Shown here in pieces: positions 61,735 to 64,000 of a DNA stretch of 64,000 bases (position 1 is the first letter of the stretch; each line of letters opens with the position of its first letter). The translations under genes and the position numbers were made by a program. The notes below the pieces were generated by a model. That model did not search any database. It was not told the DNA's origin and saw only the letters and a list, made by a program, of their open reading frames with translations. Source of the DNA: a virus. The stretch is from the IMG/VR virus record IMGVR_UViG_3300029267_000581, positions 1 to 64,000 of that record, one strand, 5' to 3'.

Positions 61735-62774
61735 CTGACCCTTCTCCGTGGGGGTGCCACAACAGCGTGCCGAGGATTCCAGTTGTCCTCACCCTCGCCC
61801 AACTGCTCCGCCCAGTTGATACCTTTGTTCCGCCAGTACGCAGTAAACCAAGACTCCATGTCGGCAAAGACCTTGGCCTGGTCGAGGAAGATTGCCACGT
61901 TGTTTATCTTCCTCTTACCATCTGCATCCTTACGGCCAGTAATATCCAGAAGACTCAGGCGGCACCCATGACGCTGTAGCTTGCTGAGATTCTTAGCGGC
62001 GGCTGTCCAACCTTTGCGCTGGACGAACCCCCTACCTAGATCAACCCGCACAAGCTCTCCTCTGGTACGGTCAAAAGCTAATGCACCCCCGAAGTGGAGC
62101 GCCTGTTGCCAGGAGACAGAGTCAACACTGTAGAAGGGCACAGCCTTCAAGGCCGATGTCCGAGTAACTGCGTACCCGTGAATCCTGACGTCATTGTGGT
62201 AGCACTCTAACGCCAAGTCCTTCATCTCTGTGTAGTATGCCTCCTGGGTTCCCCACTGTTCCTTTATCAGCTTCTTGCTGTAAGCCATGGAGACACCGAG
62301 ATAGTGGCACCACTCCTCCGAAAGAAGGCTCCACACACTCTCCGTGCCGTGCCAAGCGAAGACGACAGGAATACCAGTCTGGTCCTGAAAGGGCAGAGCG
62401 TAGTTGTCCCGCCAGTCGTCGATGACCTCCTGCCCGTAGATGTCAGGAAGGTCCAACTCAGCAACAGCCTTCAGGGGAAAGCCCTGCTCGTGTAGCCAAA
62501 GACAGCTCCCGAAGTGGGAGCGCACTACTTCCGTGGCCTCGGCGACGGTGGGGAGCTTGTCGTGCTTGTAGTAAGCGGAGCGAATGATGAATGCGCCCGA
62601 GTCAACGAAAAGTGATCTGGGGTAGATCGCATGGCACGCTTTGGCGATGATCCTGGCCCGAGCACCTGGCTTGCCGTTGGCAGTGAGTAGGAGCCTCACA
62701 GAAAAGTCCGTTTTGCCGACATTCTTGTAACGAGACACCACGGGCGATGCCTCGTCCGCGATGTAGACTTTCAA
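61731..62774 (-). CDS. dpdA: DpdA-like DNA guanine transglycosylase (TGT superfamily)
   Basis: FVDSGAFII matches the DSGGFQ/DSGAF catalytic region of TGT/DpdA. RIHGYAVT...FYSVDSVSW resembles the second TGT Asp region. The portion of the ORF upstream of 62774 overlaps QueD and is Arg-rich junk. A TTG at 62774 is the only candidate start. Confidence 0.7.
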   Translation of the reverse strand: MKVYIADEASPVVSRYKNVGKTDFSVRLLLTANGKPGARARIIAKACHAIYPRSLFVDSGAFIIRSAYYKHDKLPTVAEATEVVRSHFGSCLWLHEQGFPLKAVAELDLPDIYGQEVIDDWRDNYALPFQDQTGIPVVFAWHGTESVWSLLSEEWCHYLGVSMAYSKKLIKEQWGTQEAYYTEMKDLALECYHNDVRIHGYAVTRTSALKAVPFYSVDSVSWQQALHFGGALAFDRTRGELVRVDLGRGFVQRKGWTAAAKNLSKLQRHGCRLSLLDITGRKDADGKRKINNVAIFLDQAKVFADMESWFTAYWRNKGINWAEQLGEGEDNWNPRHAVVAPPRRRVR

Positions 62775-63124
62775 AGGCTCCTGCCGATCTCGGTCTCGGC
62801 GTAAGAGTTGCCCCCTTCGTACAGCCGAACCCTGACGCGATGGATGTGCTCTCCGAGCGACAGAGCGTTCATCGCAAGGAACCTCGACAGATTCTCGGCT
62901 GTCGGAATACTCGCAGTGAGAATCTCGTTGAGATCCTTGTGGTCGAGCTGCTTGACCAGGGCTTTCACATCGTGGAAGTCCACGATCATGCCGTTCTCTT
63001 GGACCTCCCCCTCCACCCTGATGCTGACACTGTACGTATGTCCGTGAACTACCCCGCACTTGTCGTGACCGGGGAGATGATGGGCGGCGTCAAACTTGCC
63101 CTCCCATGTGACTGATGTTCTCAT
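62771..63124 (-). CDS. queD: 6-carboxy-5,6,7,8-tetrahydropterin synthase (QueD/PTPS)
   Basis: FDAAHHLPGHDKCGVVHGHTY is the QueD signature. AGGAGG lies upstream of the ATG at 63124. Confidence 0.85.
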   Translation of the reverse strand: MRTSVTWEGKFDAAHHLPGHDKCGVVHGHTYSVSIRVEGEVQENGMIVDFHDVKALVKQLDHKDLNEILTASIPTAENLSRFLAMNALSLGEHIHRVRVRLYEGGNSYAETEIGRSL

Positions 63125-63132
63125 GCGGCCTC

Positions 63133-63513
63133 CTAGAACAGTGTGGTCAGCGTTGCGACCACAAGCTCTGATCGTTGTAAGATCGAAACGGCACAATAGG
63201 CCAGGACAGCCACCTCGGCTAGAAGCACAAGCCGTATGATGATCGCCCTTTCGAGTGGGATGGCACCAGAACCACCAGCCACCTTGACGCCATCAGATGC
63301 CGCCAAAGACGCTGTGATCATCAGGCCCCATCCGAGCCACCCGCACACAAACGAAGTGATACCACCGAACACAGCCAGCGCAGGAAAAGAAATGAGCCCC
63401 TTCCACTCTGCGATGTCGGTGATACCGATCTTGCGCTTCCACCGTAGTATGAGGTCCACGGTAAAGCATATTGTGGCCGTTATGGCGACAGTCAGCTTTA
63501 CTGCCTCAACCAT
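63133..63513 (-). CDS. Integral membrane protein (about 4 TM segments)
   Basis: 126-aa hydrophobic ORF. Confidence 0.55.
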   Translation of the reverse strand: MVEAVKLTVAITATICFTVDLILRWKRKIGITDIAEWKGLISFPALAVFGGITSFVCGWLGWGLMITASLAASDGVKVAGGSGAIPLERAIIIRLVLLAEVAVLAYCAVSILQRSELVVATLTTLF

Positions 63514-63928
63514 CCCCGACCCCCAGCAGTTCGTCGATACGACGTGTTATCTCCGGGCGAGCCTGCTCACGGATAGCCTCCTGGATACCCTCGGAGATGC
63601 TGCCGATGGCGAGATGGAGCTTACGCTTCCAGTATTGCCGGGCTTGGGCCAGGTTCTTCTGGTGGATGCGACAAGCCACCCTCTCGGGAAGATCGCGATG
63701 CACAAAGATCTCACCAGGGGGCTCTTCACCGTGCTCCATACGGTAGCGTGTACGCTTCATCGCCTCCGCACCCACCTCGATAGCGTGTGCGGAAACAGCC
63801 GCGTCGATCAAGCTCTTCCACCTATGAGGCTTCTGCTTGGACTTCGACGTGTACGACTTGGCCTCTTCTTGCCGCCTCTTCCGAGCGTTGGCCCGAATAC
63901 GTTTTCTATCATTGCGGCGTCTCGACAT
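63506..63928 (-). CDS. Hypothetical basic protein
   Basis: 140 aa from MSRRRNDRK, within the 153-aa ORF. Confidence 0.45.
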   Translation of the reverse strand: MSRRRNDRKRIRANARKRRQEEAKSYTSKSKQKPHRWKSLIDAAVSAHAIEVGAEAMKRTRYRMEHGEEPPGEIFVHRDLPERVACRIHQKNLAQARQYWKRKLHLAIGSISEGIQEAIREQARPEITRRIDELLGVGDG

Positions 63929-64000
63929 GGTAGTAAACCTTTCGCTCGATACGATGCACCAGGACACCCGCCTTCTTCCTTGTTCGGAATACGGCAGGGA

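Noticed and set aside
62775-63059. N-terminal 95 codons of the 442-aa ORF containing the DpdA-like gene
   Set aside because: They overlap QueD, which has a perfect signature and RBS, and they translate to Arg/Gly/Ser-rich junk. The DpdA-like sequence begins only around 62774.
1-64000. tRNA/rRNA genes, an integrase or lysogeny module, transposases and defence systems
   Set aside because: Intergenic gaps are few and short, and none shows a tRNA-like cloverleaf by eye. No ORF carries recombinase, transposase, Cas or restriction-enzyme motifs that I can recognise. Absence within this window says nothing about the rest of the genome.

Overview
Moderately GC-rich (about 55-60% by eye) 64-kb stretch in which every credible gene lies on the minus strand. 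It reads as a contiguous piece of a contractile-tailed dsDNA phage or prophage genome. In transcription order (high to low coordinates) the window has four parts. (1) 63.2-51.9 kb: a 7-deazaguanine DNA-modification block (QueD, DpdA-like transglycosylase, ParB-fold protein, QueE ... FolE2), interrupted by two beta-helix tail-fibre/tailspike genes, three small tandem paralogues and a GT4 glycosyltransferase. (2) 51-40 kb: about 25 small accessory genes, including a DnaQ-like exonuclease, a MazG-like NTP pyrophosphohydrolase, a sigma-region-4-like HTH protein, lipoproteins, a putative lysis region and a pyrimidine-dimer-glycosylase-like gene. (3) 39.7-0.5 kb: the packaging, head and tail module. 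It runs GpA-type large terminase, portal, two internal-protein candidates, two canonical QueC genes, a MuF remnant, a divergent QueC-like gene, an S66 peptidase and a roughly 1400-aa protein. It then continues with prohead protease, scaffold, major capsid protein, connector genes, sheath, tube, a chaperone pair that needs a +1 frame change, tape measure, hub, spike, a LysM+gp25-like wedge protein, baseplate J and fibre genes. (4) A strong terminator at 486-536, followed by a non-coding region dense in repeats and GATC sites. The most unusual features are three QueC-family paralogues plus an S66 hydrolase sitting inside the head operon. Also notable are a conserved non-sigma70-like promoter/terminator cassette (4 copies), a dispersed GATC-bracketed 16-bp element and an in-frame TGA followed by 81 coding-like codons. 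A 12-bp tandem array bracketed by a perfect inverted repeat is a further oddity. No rRNA, tRNA, CRISPR array, integrase or transposase was recognised. All functional calls rest on motifs recognised by eye and on gene order, not on database searches.
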